64,000 bases of DNA. Origin: Hormiphora californensis (Eukaryota; Animalia; Ctenophora). The position numbers were made by a program, and so were the translations under genes. Below, piece by piece: positions 25,701-37,766 of this stretch; the stretch's first letter is position 1; each line of letters begins with the position of its first letter. The notes below the pieces were generated by a model, which did no database searches, was not told where the DNA came from, and saw only the letters and a list, made by a program, of their open reading frames with translations. The stretch spans positions 7,936,001-8,000,000 of the forward strand of contig CM035351.1 in NCBI GenBank assembly GCA_020137815.1, read 5' to 3'.

Positions 25701-28700
25701 TTTAAGATTAATTTATGAAATGTTTTTACCAAACTGATATTGTACCGTGATTTGAAGCATATACGTATCTTCGTTTCTGTCAAGGTCTCCCTGTGATGTT
25801 TCTGTGAGACTCACAGTGTGAGTGAACCCACAGTGTGAGTGAACCCACAGTGTGAGTGAACCCCATCTGGTCCATCCCCTATAACTAACTCAGCTCTCCT
25901 GCATCTAAACACCCACATTCTAGTGTACCCCTACCTATAACCCTCTACCTTTCCCACATTCTAGCTCTAGAGGAAGGCCAGGAAGTGTGTGTTGGAGGGA
26001 CCTATGAGCAGGTCATTGAGTTCGAGTATAACCTGGCATTCAACTCCTGGGAGGGAGCCAAGGAGGCATGTGAAGAGAAGGGCATGACCATGTCCCTACC
26101 TGGGGATATCTATGAAAATGAGAAGCTGAGGAAATTCTCTGATGACATGTACCCTCGACCACAGAGTGTGAGACAGAACCCCGGGGAGGCTGAAAACTGG
26201 GTATGTGTGTTTGTTGAGACATGAGTACAGGTGTTATACTGAAGATTCATTCCCTGAAGATTCACCCCCTGAAGATTCACCCCCTGGTTACAAGCACTCT
26301 GATTGGCCTAATCAGAGTCTCTGTCCAGAGATCAGGAGTATGCGACCTTCTACTAAATACTAAGTACTGACTAAACATCCTCCCTCCTGTAGATTTGGAT
26401 TGATTTGAACGATATCGAGAAGGAGGGAAGTTACGTTAGTAGTGATGGTACTGAAGCTAAGTGGTATCACTGGGGAACAGGTCAACCAGACAACAAATTC
26501 CCTCGACGTGGAGGTAGGTGTATTGGCATAAAATGAAGGTCTTTTTATCTTATCAAATGTCCCTGCTATAATACATGTGCCCTATATCATCATCTGTGTG
26601 GCCTGGGTTGATTATTAATTATAACTCAGAACACGCTTTTCCTGACGTTAAATACGAGTTATGCAGTATGGCAGTTCTCACCCCATGAATTATGTCATTC
26701 TCTCCCCTGTCCTGCACAGCTGTGTAGAGATTTAACACACACTTGAGACTATAATAATAGTACTAGCTCTGTTGCAAAAGGTGTTATACCCACCACAAAA
26801 AAAAAACCTCAAAGAGCCACCATTTTCTTTTGTGTGCAGGAGGTCACTATGTCATCACCATAAATAGAGGGTTTTTCTTTTTTCTTCTTTCTTTTATCAC
26901 TTCATCGTTCCTACTGCATCTGTCACCAGGCCCCACCCCATCATGTGACCCCTGTATCTTTTGTGAATCTTAAATAGCTAGGAAATCTTAACAATTGAGT
27001 TAGCGACATTGCAGTTGTTAAAACCGTTTATTTTAACCGTTTATTAAACGCTTCTTTATCTATCAAACTAAAAGATTCTTCTTGAACATTCCATCTATGG
27101 TATTCATTCAATTCTCTCAGTATTTCTCTCATTCATGTGCCAATGCATGATTTCTCTTGTTTTGTTCAAACCTTTTTATTTTATTTTAGGGTCGAACAAG
27201 GCAAGATTTCTCCCACATATCTCAATGATTTCCACTTTTCACTCTATCTCTATACCAGTTTTATCTCACACGATTTCCTCCCAATTCCAGGCCAAGACAG
27301 GGTGTCACTGAACAAGAACACGGGAAAATGGTTTGACGCCTTTGAGGAGCGACGACTACAGTCCGTCTGTCAGAAATCTGTTTGGCAATGTGTTAAAAAG
27401 GTAAATCATGAGCTGATGAATTTAGTTGTCACAGCCTGTCACACTGAGTATAAGCTTGATAGCCGCGGCAGCTCTCTTGTCAAGTTGAATATATCGGTGG
27501 GCATGTATCGGTTGAATATAAGGTATCAAGTGTTAGATAGTACTAACTAGGACACAACTTGAAAGAAACTGTCAAGTAGCTGATACAACACGTTAAAAGG
27601 AGGGTGACATGCTCTCTCTAGTGTGTGACACGCTCAATTGACTATAAGTGTAATATCATATCTTGATCTATCGGGTATCACTCGGTACTAAAGGAACCAA
27701 TACTAGTGTTGAAAATTATTAAAGAGTTGGGGAGAGAGTGAGAGAGAGAGAGAGAGAACATTCAGTACAATGCACATATATATGAGAAGATAGTGCCATC
27801 ATCAAGCTTTAGATTCAAAGGGTAGTTGATGATATACGGCATCTACAAAGGTATTAGACCGTAAAATAGGTAGCTAGATCAGATAGTGCCATGAGAACAC
27901 ATGAGTATATTATATTGTAACTGGTTGGTACCCGAAATGGCGGTCAATACTGCCGATAGGTAGGTGTCACCCTCCTGATAAAGAGCGGTCAATACTACAG
28001 ATAGCTCTCCTTATATTATGAGGAGGGTCGCACCTATAGTCGTGCCACCCACTCTCACTCAGCTCTCTACCGTGTGCGGCAAAAAAAATGCCCCCCCTAG
28101 ACCACCATAGTTGCCGATGTGGTGGAGAGCTGTAACTTGGCAGGGTTGCTCCACTATGTCTATCTTGATCCTGACAGAAAAATCAGAGCTCTAGCTCAAA
28201 ATTCATTTTTTTGATAGGAATGAACATTGTCGTCATTCATTCCAAGAAAAAAATATTTTCGGTCCAGAATTCAAGCAATTATCTTTGGCCATCGATTAGC
28301 TTTCCAATGTGACCAAGATCATCTAAATTGGGCAACCACAAGAGACACAGTGTCATGTTTCTTAAAGTTAGTCAGGTCATGTGATCTTCACCGAATCGTT
28401 GAGTGTTCAGTATTACGAATCGGTCTAAGTGGTAGAGAATCACGTATCACGGCTACTAATGAGGGATGACGATGCTGATTGGTCATGAGATCTGTAGCTC
28501 TTTGATAAATGTCCTCTTTCCTCGAATCACATTACCCTGTATTGGTACACATACCTCATTAGCGGCCGTGATACGAGATTCCTCTGCCCATTGGCTCGAT
28601 TAGCAATCCCGGATAATCAACGATTCGGTGAAGATCACATGACCTGACTAACTTTAAGAAACATGACACTGTGTCTCTTGTGGTTGCCCAATTTAGATGA

Positions 28701-30510
28701 TCTTGGTCACATTGGAAAGCTAATCGATGGCCAAAGATAATTGCTTGAATTCTGGACCGAAAATATTTTTTTCTTGGAATGAATGACAATGTTCATTCCT
28801 ATCAAAAAAATGAATTTTGAGCTAGAGCTCTGATTTTTCTGTCAGGATCAAGATAGACATAGTGGAGCAACCCTGCCAAGTTACAGCTCTCCACCACATC
28901 GGCAACTATGGTGGTCTAGGGGGGGCATTTTTTTTGCCGCACACGGTATGAGTCATAAAGAGTGGGAGACAAGACACTCTCTCTCCTAACACCCCCCCCC
29001 CCCCCCAACTCTAATACACACATACCTATTATGCAGGTTCTGACTGCATCTCCCGAGCCCACTACTGAGCCCATCTCCACTGAGTCTATGCCTCCTCCTG
29101 AGTTCCTGGAGCGACCTTCATCCTACATCGCCAACACTGGCAGTACCGTCACCTTCTCTGCAAGATTTGATGAGAGTGAGTTTTACTACTACCCCACTAC
29201 AGCTCCCCCTCAATCGCACGAAATCAAGACTGGTCATATAATTATACCTTCTTGAAAAGTGAACTTCCTTGTTTTAGTAAGTAATCAGGTTCCTTATTTA
29301 ACTCCCCTCCTGCAGGTCTCGGAGGGCAGCTGATTTGGTATGTAGCTGGAAAGCAGGTGAAGAAATCTTGGAATGGCAAAATCAGACTGAACAAAGCGGG
29401 AGACCTTGTTATGAGCAACGTGCAGGCTTCAGATGAGGGTGTTGTTTCTGTCATCTTGTTTAGAGGTGGACGGGAAGCCATCGCTAATGCTGCTCTGAAT
29501 ATAGGTAGGTTTAGAGGCACAATACTAGGCTCTGAATGTTATAGGTAACGGGGGTTTAGATGCAAAATATGACTAAAAAAACACAAAAACCACTTAAATA
29601 ATGACTCCGTTAAATCCGCCAACAATCACGTCTGATGATGTCAAGTTGATCACTGATTACAACAAAAACATTTCCACAAACTGCAAACACACACAATACA
29701 AGGTCAAAAGTCAAGATAGGCGAACACACACGTCACAACGGGAAGGGACACACAAAACCAAAGAGAAACAAGACAAGAGAAAGGGAATGATCGCGCGGGT
29801 AAATCCCCTGTACATTTTCACAGTTTGGGTCACGTGACCTTCGCGCGTGTGTACATTTGTACACGATTAACGGAGGGGAGGTACACAACACACACACACT
29901 GGGACGCGGGGGTTGGGAGCTGATCTCCCACTTGACATACAAAACCATCTCATTTCCCAATTCCAACCCAATTAAACGATTGATTATGTTATGCTGACCA
30001 CTCTATTTCCCTCCCCTACAGTTGACCAAAAGCTGCTAGCGTACATTGTGGTGAATGAGGGAGGAGAGACCTATGTGGAGGCATCAGATGTGTGTATGGA
30101 GATGGGCGGTTACACCATCTCCCCAGAATCAGACCAAGAGAACACAGATATTGGGATGATGGTGAGGGACAACAAGGTTTGGTTGGGTCAGAGCTACAAG
30201 AATGGAACCCTCTACCTGCAAGATAGCACTACCCCTGCTGAGTATGCGAACTGGGCTGAGGGAGAGCCTTCACTGGATACCGGGGTGGTAATGATGGATG
30301 CTGTTGAAGATTCGGAGACCTTTGGGCAGTGGTTTGTCCAGGAGGGCAGTGAGCAGTATGCTACTGTTTGTGAGAGAGGTAAGAAAACAGACTTCAACTC
30401 TCTCTCTCTTCTTTTTTAGATTTAACAAATAAATTTATGAATACCAAACAACATCTTCCTTTCTTTCAGTGCCACGAAAAATGAGTTCAGAGGGAGAGAG
30501 GAGGTCATAA
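16780..30510 (+). CDS. Secreted multi-domain C-type lectin: signal peptide, five CTLDs, Ig-like domain, sixth CTLD (approximate multi-exon model)
   Basis: Signal peptide MILRNTMLAVVLLVLCTLQGYRA (16780-16808 + 16932-). CTLD motifs: WIGL..NYTNW (17.9-18.0 kb), VWVG (20.3 kb), WIGG..QPD..WDD (21.1-21.5 kb), WVGL (23.35 kb), WIDL..QPD..WFD (26.4-27.4 kb), WLG..EPS (30.2 kb). Ig-like PEFLERP..VTF..IWY..LVMSNVQASDEG (29.1-29.5 kb). Stop at 30508-30510; no TM helix seen. Two apparent 1-nt insertions near 20285-20317. Could be two genes split at the stop at 25544. Confidence 0.8.
18179..18862. mobile_element. Non-autonomous element with two adjacent inverted-repeat pairs (possibly Crypton-like) in a lectin intron
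   Basis: TATGAACGTTTG (18179) pairs with CAAACGTTCATA (18360-18371); TATGAAACCCGATAGT (18375-18390) pairs with ACTATCGGGTTTCATA (18847-18862); internal CCCGAGGCGCCAGCCGAGGG motif. Superfamily is inference. Confidence 0.45.
19997..20286 (+). repeat. 38-bp minisatellite containing a splice acceptor and exon start
   Basis: Eight copies of TTTAG|GTGTGGGTAGGTGGTTA(TGCTAAACCCATGTTA). Confidence 0.9.
21505..21812 (+). repeat. 38/43-bp minisatellite containing an exon end and splice donor
   Basis: Eight copies of GTTGCGATGGCAACTCAATGG|GTG(AGTTAAT). Confidence 0.9.
23700..25020. mobile_element. Non-autonomous DNA transposon, Mutator-like (9-bp TSD, G/C-run termini)
   Basis: CTATATAAT at 23691-23699 and 25021-25029; termini (G)nCAACG ... 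CGTTGG(C)n; AT-rich subterminal repeats in inverted orientation; no transposase ORF. Confidence 0.7.
28070..28946. mobile_element. Foldback MITE with ~330-bp TIRs and TA TSD (Tc1/mariner-type)
   Basis: TA-CCGTGTGCGGCAAAAAAAATGCCCC ... GGGGCATTTTTTTTGCCGCACACGG-TA; arms ~28070-28402 and ~28617-28946 are near-identical. Confidence 0.9.
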
Positions 30511-30799
30511 AAAGCAGAAAAATGGAAATGATTTATCATCAAGGACGCTATTATTATAAGGGATGTGTTCTTTTTTAACTTATAAACTTGATTGTGTAGA
30601 CTTTATAATTTCATAATTTCTATATCCGATGTGTTTTGATTTGTTGCTAGGTTATTTACTTCAAGTACCCGGTACAAGTCGACTACTCTTCAAAGAGAGT
30701 CATTCTGACATGTCCATTTCAGTTTTCCAATTACCATCTTATTTATCCATTCGGCATTCAGTTATTTACTAAACCTCTAACTGTGCTCTTACTCATTTA

Positions 30800-31350
30800 G
30801 AAGTACAACTGTACCGTCCTCTGCCTCATTGAAAGACTGTCAGAGCATTGGCCTGACAGTTGAAAGATGCTCTTCCTCTTCAGATGTTCCCGATCATGTC
30901 CAGTTTCGTGTTCCATCTCGATGAAGGGCGAGAGCTGAAAATTTTCCAGTATGTTCCTGGCCCGTGGCTGCTTTTTATCGGTGCTCCAACACCCACACCA
31001 CGTTGCCTGCGAAGCCCTATGTGAGGGGATCGCCCTACGGGCGCGCGAACATGGGGGGCGCGACGTGCCCAACACACCACGTTTCTCAATCTTCCCGACT
31101 TCATGTCATTGTGTGGAACTTCCACCACGTCCACCAACATGCTGCCTTCCCGGGTGCGCGCGATTTCTGTCGGTCTGGTTGCTGAAAAACTCCACTTTTC
31201 ACTCTTGGTAACTCTCCGCGCGCACCTTCTACCCTTCCCCGATCTCACTGCATCCAGTGATCGAGCTGGCTGTTTTTGCCAGATTGATTGCTTGATATTT
31301 GCTAATTGCTTAATGGATGCTGTCTACCCACCTCGGAGTGCGTGTGTACA
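30800..31350 (-). pseudogene. Degenerate hAT-like transposase remnant
   Basis: Frameshifted fragments in the expected order: HWM, QTD, CVGH (CxxH) and SSRWNTKLDM (cf. hAT TRWNSxxxM). Confidence 0.4.
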
Positions 31351-31730
31351 TGACGTGTAGAGTAGTGGGAGGGGGTTAGTTCAGTCAGGACAAGAATAGG
31401 GGAATCGGATTTTCCCAATTTGAAAAAAGATCAGACAATTACCACAGGCGGATATCATCATGACCTAATGGGCATGTGGCCCCCTCGTTGTAATTGTTAA
31501 AACAACACTTCCACACACACACACGTTTTGTTTGTGTACGTCACTCCCATCTAGATCCCGATATAGGTATTAGACACACCCAGACGTGGTACCCCCCACA
31601 TGGAGTGACAGACAGACATGAAGTATGAACATTGATTCACCTCTTTCTTTGTACTCAAGGCTACAGAGTACAGAGTGTAGTAGCAGTAGTGTTTGTGTTA
31701 CTGATAGAGAATATGGTATCACTATCATGT

Positions 31731-31994
31731 TATTCTGAATAATGAGTTCAGAGCAAGAATTAAATAGGGAAGAAAATGGAAAAATACTGGGTTGAACCAG
31801 GGACCTCCAGAGAGACATGCTCGGAGCTATAAACCACTAAGCTACCAAACCCTATATATAGGGTTTGGTAGCTTAGTGGTTTACAGCTCCGAGCATGTCT
31901 CTCTGGAGGTCCCTGGCTCAATTCCCGGTCAAACCCAGTATTTTTCGATTTTCTTCCCTATTTAATTCTTGCTCTGAACTCATTATTCAGAATA
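31731..31994. mobile_element. Palindrome of two head-to-head tRNA-derived (SINE-like) units
   Basis: 31861-31937 folds as a cloverleaf-like unit (GGGTTTGG/TCAAACCC stem, A-box TAGCTTAGTGG, B-box-like GGCTCAATTCC) followed by TTTTT. An inverted copy lies to the left; the centre is CCCTATATATAGGG. Confidence 0.7.
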
Positions 31995-32002
31995 CTAATT
32001 AA

Positions 32003-32795
32003 TAGTAGAGTCGATAACTACATCGACCTCTCCCAATTGTTCCAGTTTTTGTCACATCTGTTTGGAGCCTCGACACGACCTCTAAACAGGTGTTACTTTT
32101 TCACAAACTGTTTTCGTCTTGGTGTAATCAGCAGTTGAAATGTTGCTGATCATAACAAAAACCTGACTAAATTTTTTCAACTTGGGGTAAAACCATGGGT
32201 GTCAAAAGTTAGCTCTAGGTCCCCTGAGTAACCATCCGGAGACTCTAAGAGATATTTCAAGCCGTTCTCCCGTAATCATTAATCCCGGTGGAGAAAAAAA
32301 TACAATGCGGACGTACGTGAGCGCTGGCAGGCTGTTTACATGTTATTGTATGTCTCTCACTCTCTCTGGAAAAACCGCACGTGCGGTTGCGCCGCGCGAG
32401 ATAACTCTTTCTCAAGGGGGAGAAAAGAGAGAGACGCACATTAACGTTATACATTAAAGTTGAGGTTGTAGGCAATTGCACGTACGTCCATACTCAAATA
32501 TGTGCTCTACCGGGATTAATGATTACGGGAGAACGGCTTGAAATATCTCTTAGAGTCTCCGGATGGTTACTCAGGGGACCTAGAGCTAACTTTTGACACC
32601 CATGGTTTTACCCCAAGTTGAAAAAATTTAGTCAGGTTTTTGTTATGATCAGCAACATTTCAACTGCTGATTACACCAAGACGAAAACAGTTTGTGAAAA
32701 AGTAACACCTGTTTAGAGGTCGTGTCGAGGCTCCAAACTGATGTGACAAAAACTGGAACAATTGGGAGAGGTCGATGTAGTTATCGACTCTACTA
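32003..32795. mobile_element. Foldback MITE with ~290-bp TIRs (TAA or TA TSD)
   Basis: TAA-TAGTAGAGTCGATAACTACATCGAC ... GTCGATGTAGTTATCGACTCTACTA-TAA; arms ~32003-32290 and ~32508-32795. Confidence 0.88.
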
Positions 32796-33396
32796 TAATC
32801 TCTCCTTAACCGAGTTCTGCCCGTGTATGTGTGAGATTCCCCATTAAACTGTTGTACAGAGGGCGTGTGTGTGTGTTGATCACCAGATATCAAAATTACT
32901 TCCCCACTATCATGTTAGTTGAAAGTTGAAGCATCAGACTCGGATCTGTTGTGATATATGTCGGTGTGTGTGTTTGTGAGTTTTTGTGCCTTGTGTGTAT
33001 ATTAGGCAAGGAACACGGAAAGATGATAGGAAGAGAATTATGTGTGTCCTCGGTTGTGCTCAAATGGCAAGCTGCCGCAGCACTCAGGACTGTAGGACAT
33101 TTAACATTACGACGTGTGACTTGAGGAGAGAATCAGGAATCTTTATGTCCTCTGAGATACACCCTAACTGCATTGGGGTAATGGGCTGTGAAGGAGCAGA
33201 TAGTGAAGGAGAGCTAGAGAAAAACGACTCCGAGGGTGACAGAGACAGGGTGACATACATACTCTGTGACAGAGAGAGGGGGAGAGAAAGAGAATATGAC
33301 ACAATACAAAGTTCTGTAGTATGTATCATAACTCCGAATATGATGATTATATGCAACACATTCTTCTCTCTTTTCTCTGTTGAGGTAGGCACTATA

Positions 33397-34883
33397 CACG
33401 GTGTCCCTTAAGGAGGTGAAACCTCGACTAGATAAAGTTTTTCGGAGACCGGACCTAGGTTACGTATTTTTGACCGAGGAATCCGAAAAACATAAAATTA
33501 AAATCGAAAACGTAGCGGTTTTTGCGTAAAACGGCAAAAACTGTCATTTTTCAGCGATTTTCGACTTTTTACGCTTTCTAGAGATTTAAAAAATATTTCC
33601 TTACAAGATATGATCTTGTGCTTCTAGACTAATAAAATACAATCGATTTGCTACAAATTGGTCCCGGGTTTGTGTGATTTGGCCAAAAGCTCTCTTTACT
33701 GTGGCCCATCAAAGATGGCCACTCTGCAAATACGTATTTGGCTCCTGTGGCTGCAGATGTAAACCAAAAGAAGATTTATTATACACCAAAATTTGCGTCT
33801 TCTCAAGGCGAACAACCTGGTTTTTACGACATTCCATTTCATGCAGGCGTTGAGGAGTTACAGCTGAAAAACTGCTACAGTGGATTTTGGAAATACCCCT
33901 ACTTCAACAAACCCTAATCCAGATAAGATTTCGAAAAATATACATCTTCATACATGAAAATGAAGCTCAGACAAATGCCGACGTGATGCAAAAAACGGGA
34001 AGTGTCTAACTTATTTCGTTTAGAAGCTATAGCCAAAGTAAAAGTGCTTATATTTGCCTTAAAAACACCCTCTAAAAACCATACTTTTAGACAATTTCTG
34101 ACAATTTCAAACAAATTCTGTCCACAGGGGACTAAGTTGGTGCACTGGAGGTGACATTTTATTCGTATTGCATTTTTACACAGATTTGCTGTTTTTCAGG
34201 GCTTTTAGAGGGTGTTTTCAAGGCAAATATAAGCACTTTTATTTTGGCTATAGCTTCTAAACGAAATAAGTTAGACACTTCCCGTTTTTTGCATCACGTT
34301 GGCATTTGTCTGAGCTTCATTTTCATGTATGAAGATGTATATTTTTCGAAATCTTATCTGGATTAGGGTTTGTTGAAGTAGGGGTATTTCCAAAATCCAC
34401 TGTAGCAGTTTTTCAGCTGTAACTCCTCAACGCCTGCATAAAATGGAATGCCGTAAAAACCAGGTTGTTCGCCTTGAGAAGACGCAAATTTTGGTGTATA
34501 ATAAATCTTCTTTTGGTTTACATCTGCAGCCACAGGAGCCAAATACGTATTTGCAGAGTGGCCATCTTTGATGGGCCACAGTAAAGAGAGCTTTTGGCCA
34601 AATCACACAAACCCGGGACCAATTTGTAGCAAATCGATTGTATTTTATTAGTCTAGAAGCACAAGATCATATCTTGTAAGGAAATATTTTTTAAATCTCT
34701 AGAAAGCGTAAAAAGTCGAAAATCGCTGAAAAATGACAGTTTTTGCCGTTTTACGCAAAAACCGCTACGTTTTCGATTTTAATTTTATGTTTTTCGGATT
34801 CCTCGGTCAAAAATACGTGACCTAGGTCCGGTCTCCAAAAAACTTTATCTAGTCGAGGTTTCACCTCCTTAAGGGACACCGTG
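33397..34883. mobile_element. Foldback element with ~680-bp TIRs and TA TSD (Tc1/mariner-type)
   Basis: TA-CACGGTGTCCCTTAAGGAGG ... CCTCCTTAAGGGACACCGTG-TA; arms ~33397-34077 and ~34203-34883 differ by a few substitutions; ~125-bp spacer. Confidence 0.92.
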
Positions 34884-35591
34884 TATAATATAACTACGAA
34901 GATATTGGCTAGTATGTTGTTATTACTAGAATGATGAACACCTGCAGCACATGTTTCTCTTATACAGACGCACCAACAAACTTGGTTACGAAGTTACCCC
35001 TTTTATTGCATATAATAATAGAGGGGTAATTTCATTACCAACCAACAAACATATCTGCACACAATGAAACCACTAATTACATGCTCTATTGCTCTAACCC
35101 ACAAATATATGGTCTCTCAGAGTGGGAGATGTTTTGTATAATAGGGGGAGATTCTCTCACCATCCCTCTCTCAGTCAGGTATCTGTGGTGTCAGAGAGGG
35201 TATCTGTGGTGTGCCAGGTGGTGTATGTAGTTGACCCTCTACACACGGCCAACACTACCCTAATAAAATAGAGCCCTTGTCACCTCATCCTAATGCAGCA
35301 GACCTACCCACCATGATATTATATCTCCCCCACTAACTTGTCACGTCTTGCTGTGTACAAACAAAAGGCCCCACTATATTATACACACCACTCGATGCGT
35401 GTGTGTTTACTCTTTCATCGTAATCCCTTTCACATTCTCCTTCCTTTCCAGCTCATTACAATTTCACAATTTCTACTCATGCATCAGGGAGACTCTCTGA
35501 TTCAGGTAGACCCATATATCTACACTCATGTTCCTTTTAGTGGCATATCACATGGTAAATGAAATGTGTGAACCCAATTACACGACTGCTA

Positions 35592-35722
35592 TGTGACACC
35601 CAAGTCGGCCCTGAAAAGGGGTCCCCGATACGTGACACCCAAGTCGGCCCTGACAAGGGGTCCCCGATACGTGACACCCAAGTCTGCCCTGACAAGGGGT
35701 CCCCGATACGTGACACCCAAGT
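35592..35722. repeat. 39-bp minisatellite
   Basis: About 3.3 copies of GTGACACCCAAGTCGGCCCTGACAAGGGGTCCCCGATAC. Confidence 0.85.
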
Positions 35723-35932
35723 CCCCTGACTCCGATACGTGATACCTCTACATACCACTACGGTGTCGGGTGTCACGGTAACGAGGTGCGTGATGTGAGA
35801 TGTCAGAGATGACGAGAATTACGGGGATGACGAGATTTCGGTTATAGGAGAATTGTTGGGACAGTCGACAGAGTTAGATGAGAGAGGTTGAGGGTTACAG
35901 GAGATATTATGGATACCAGGGGATGGGGTGAG

Positions 35933-35964
35933 TATATAACCCAGTGACGTATACCACTACGTCA
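35933..35964 (+). promoter_or_regulatory. Candidate TATA box plus inverted TGACGT half-sites upstream of the SIX gene
   Basis: TATATAA at 35933-35939, ~50 nt before ATG 35984, followed by GTGACGTA..TACGTCA. Confidence 0.45.
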
Positions 35965-35983
35965 TCCAAACAACATCACCAAC

Positions 35984-36954
35984 ATGTTCAGCTCTACCCC
36001 CACTGAAACTGACAAGTCCATCTCCCACTTTACCTTCGATGAATACCTACCGACTACTAATGGAGTGCCTCCTTCCTTACCTGGTTTCACTACCTTACCT
36101 CCCTGCACTGGACCTGATCTGACCTCCCTGATCCCTTGCTATCCTAGTGAGGTGTCTATCATCTCTCCTCCCTCCTCGATACCTCCTTCCTGTTCTCCTC
36201 CTTCCTCGATACCTCCTTCCTGTTCTCCTCCTCAGCTATACCTACCTCAGTATGTGGACTACACCAGCCCTCCTCTGGAAGCCGACCCTATTATGGACCT
36301 CCCTCCCTCACCCAACTACCAAATGGACTTCTCAGCTACCTCGGACTACTTCTCCCTCTCCTCCATCACCCTGGACTCCTTCTCTCTGGAGCTGACCTTG
36401 CCACCTCCCTCCACTACCACACCCTCCCCGCCCTCTGATGCGGACCTTCTCTCTCTGATCGGGGACAACAGTACTGTGCTGACTGCTAAGGAGATGGTGA
36501 CTGATGGACGGTTTGATGAAGCACTGGCCCTCCTGTGTACCTGCCTACCCGACTCCACCCTTCAGCCCAGGAGACCTGGATCGACTGTGTCTATAAACGA
36601 GCTGCTGCCTACCGAGGGAGGAAGAAACTGAACGCAGTGGATAGATACCGTCTCCGGAAGAGATTCCCCTTCCCTCCTTCCATCTTCAACGGGGATTCAA
36701 CACACCACCTGTTCAAGGAGAGTTCCAGGGATATCCTAGCATCTGCCTACAACCAGTGTGCCTACCCAACCCCTGATGAGAAGAGAGCACTGTGCTCCCA
36801 GTCCGGCCTGACCTACAGCCAAGTTACCAACTACTTCAAGAACCGGAGAGGAAGGGAGAGAGCCGCTGGAGTTATAATCAGGAAACGGGAACCAGAGCCT
36901 GCTAAACCCTATAAGGAGGATGTCCGAGCTGTCCTGGCCCTACTGCAACAATAG
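35984..36954 (+). CDS. Divergent intronless SIX-class homeobox gene with one frameshift near 36565 (sequencing error or pseudogene)
   Basis: Second ORF reads WIDCVYKRAAAYRGRKKLNAVDRYRLRKRFPFPPSIFNG (C-terminal SIX domain), then homeodomain FKESSR..YPTPDEKR..GLTYSQVTNYFKNRR with K50. First ORF supplies a Pro/Ser-rich N-terminus and GRFDEALALL. Confidence 0.85.
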
Positions 36955-37766
36955 GAGCTGCGTTTTAGTAGCTTTGTGATTTTATGTGCTGATTTCGTAA
37001 TTCTGAACTAAAATAACTAACGTGTTTAAATTATCCACTCTCCAATGCAAATCGAAATTCATCTCACTGCTCTAGTGCTCTGATCACTCATCAACGCTCA
37101 TCACATATGCGTGGGTCACACCACGCTCAGTGAGGGTTCGGCAGATCATCTCTAGCTAATGTATCATCGTCCTGTAATACACGCCCTCTTTACACCGTTC
37201 ACATGCAGCAGGGAGGTGCAGCAGGGAGGTGCCCACAGCACTCCTGATCTCCAAGTAATGATTTCTGTCTGGACTAATCGATATACACTCCATCTCATAA
37301 AGGGGGATCAAGTAGTATCAAGTAGTATCTACAATAAATGTTCTGTCAATAAAATATAGAAATCTCGTAAAAATCGGATCAATAGTATTCAAATTTCAAT
37401 CATAGTTTTAGTACAACTCAACAAGTTGGCTCAGTCACGGTTAATCTCCAATTAGTCAGCGGGGCAAGGTTCTAAACTATAATGCTAGGAATGACCCCGT
37501 TTTGATTCTAATTGCCGCATGGTAATGTTTATGGAACAGTTCAGGATTAGAAACACAACGGGAATGATAATGATGTAGCAGAGGACTGGCATTGTAGCTC
37601 CAACATTCGTTACCTCCATCTAGGGGGGGGGGGATAGGTTAGAATTATAGGAAACATGGTAAATACACTTATCTTATCCCCTAACTAATTAGATGGGCCC
37701 ATTAGTTGATTTACCGAACCTCACAGAGCGATGTGAGCTACACACATAATTAGATGGGCGACTTAC

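Noticed and set aside
31861-31937. Functional tRNA gene
   Set aside because: Bulged anticodon stem, no U33, altered T loop, and embedded in a palindromic repeat.
28227-34366. Mirror-image ORF pairs (28227/28559 and 33914/34151)
   Set aside because: By-products of inverted-repeat arms; no protein motifs.
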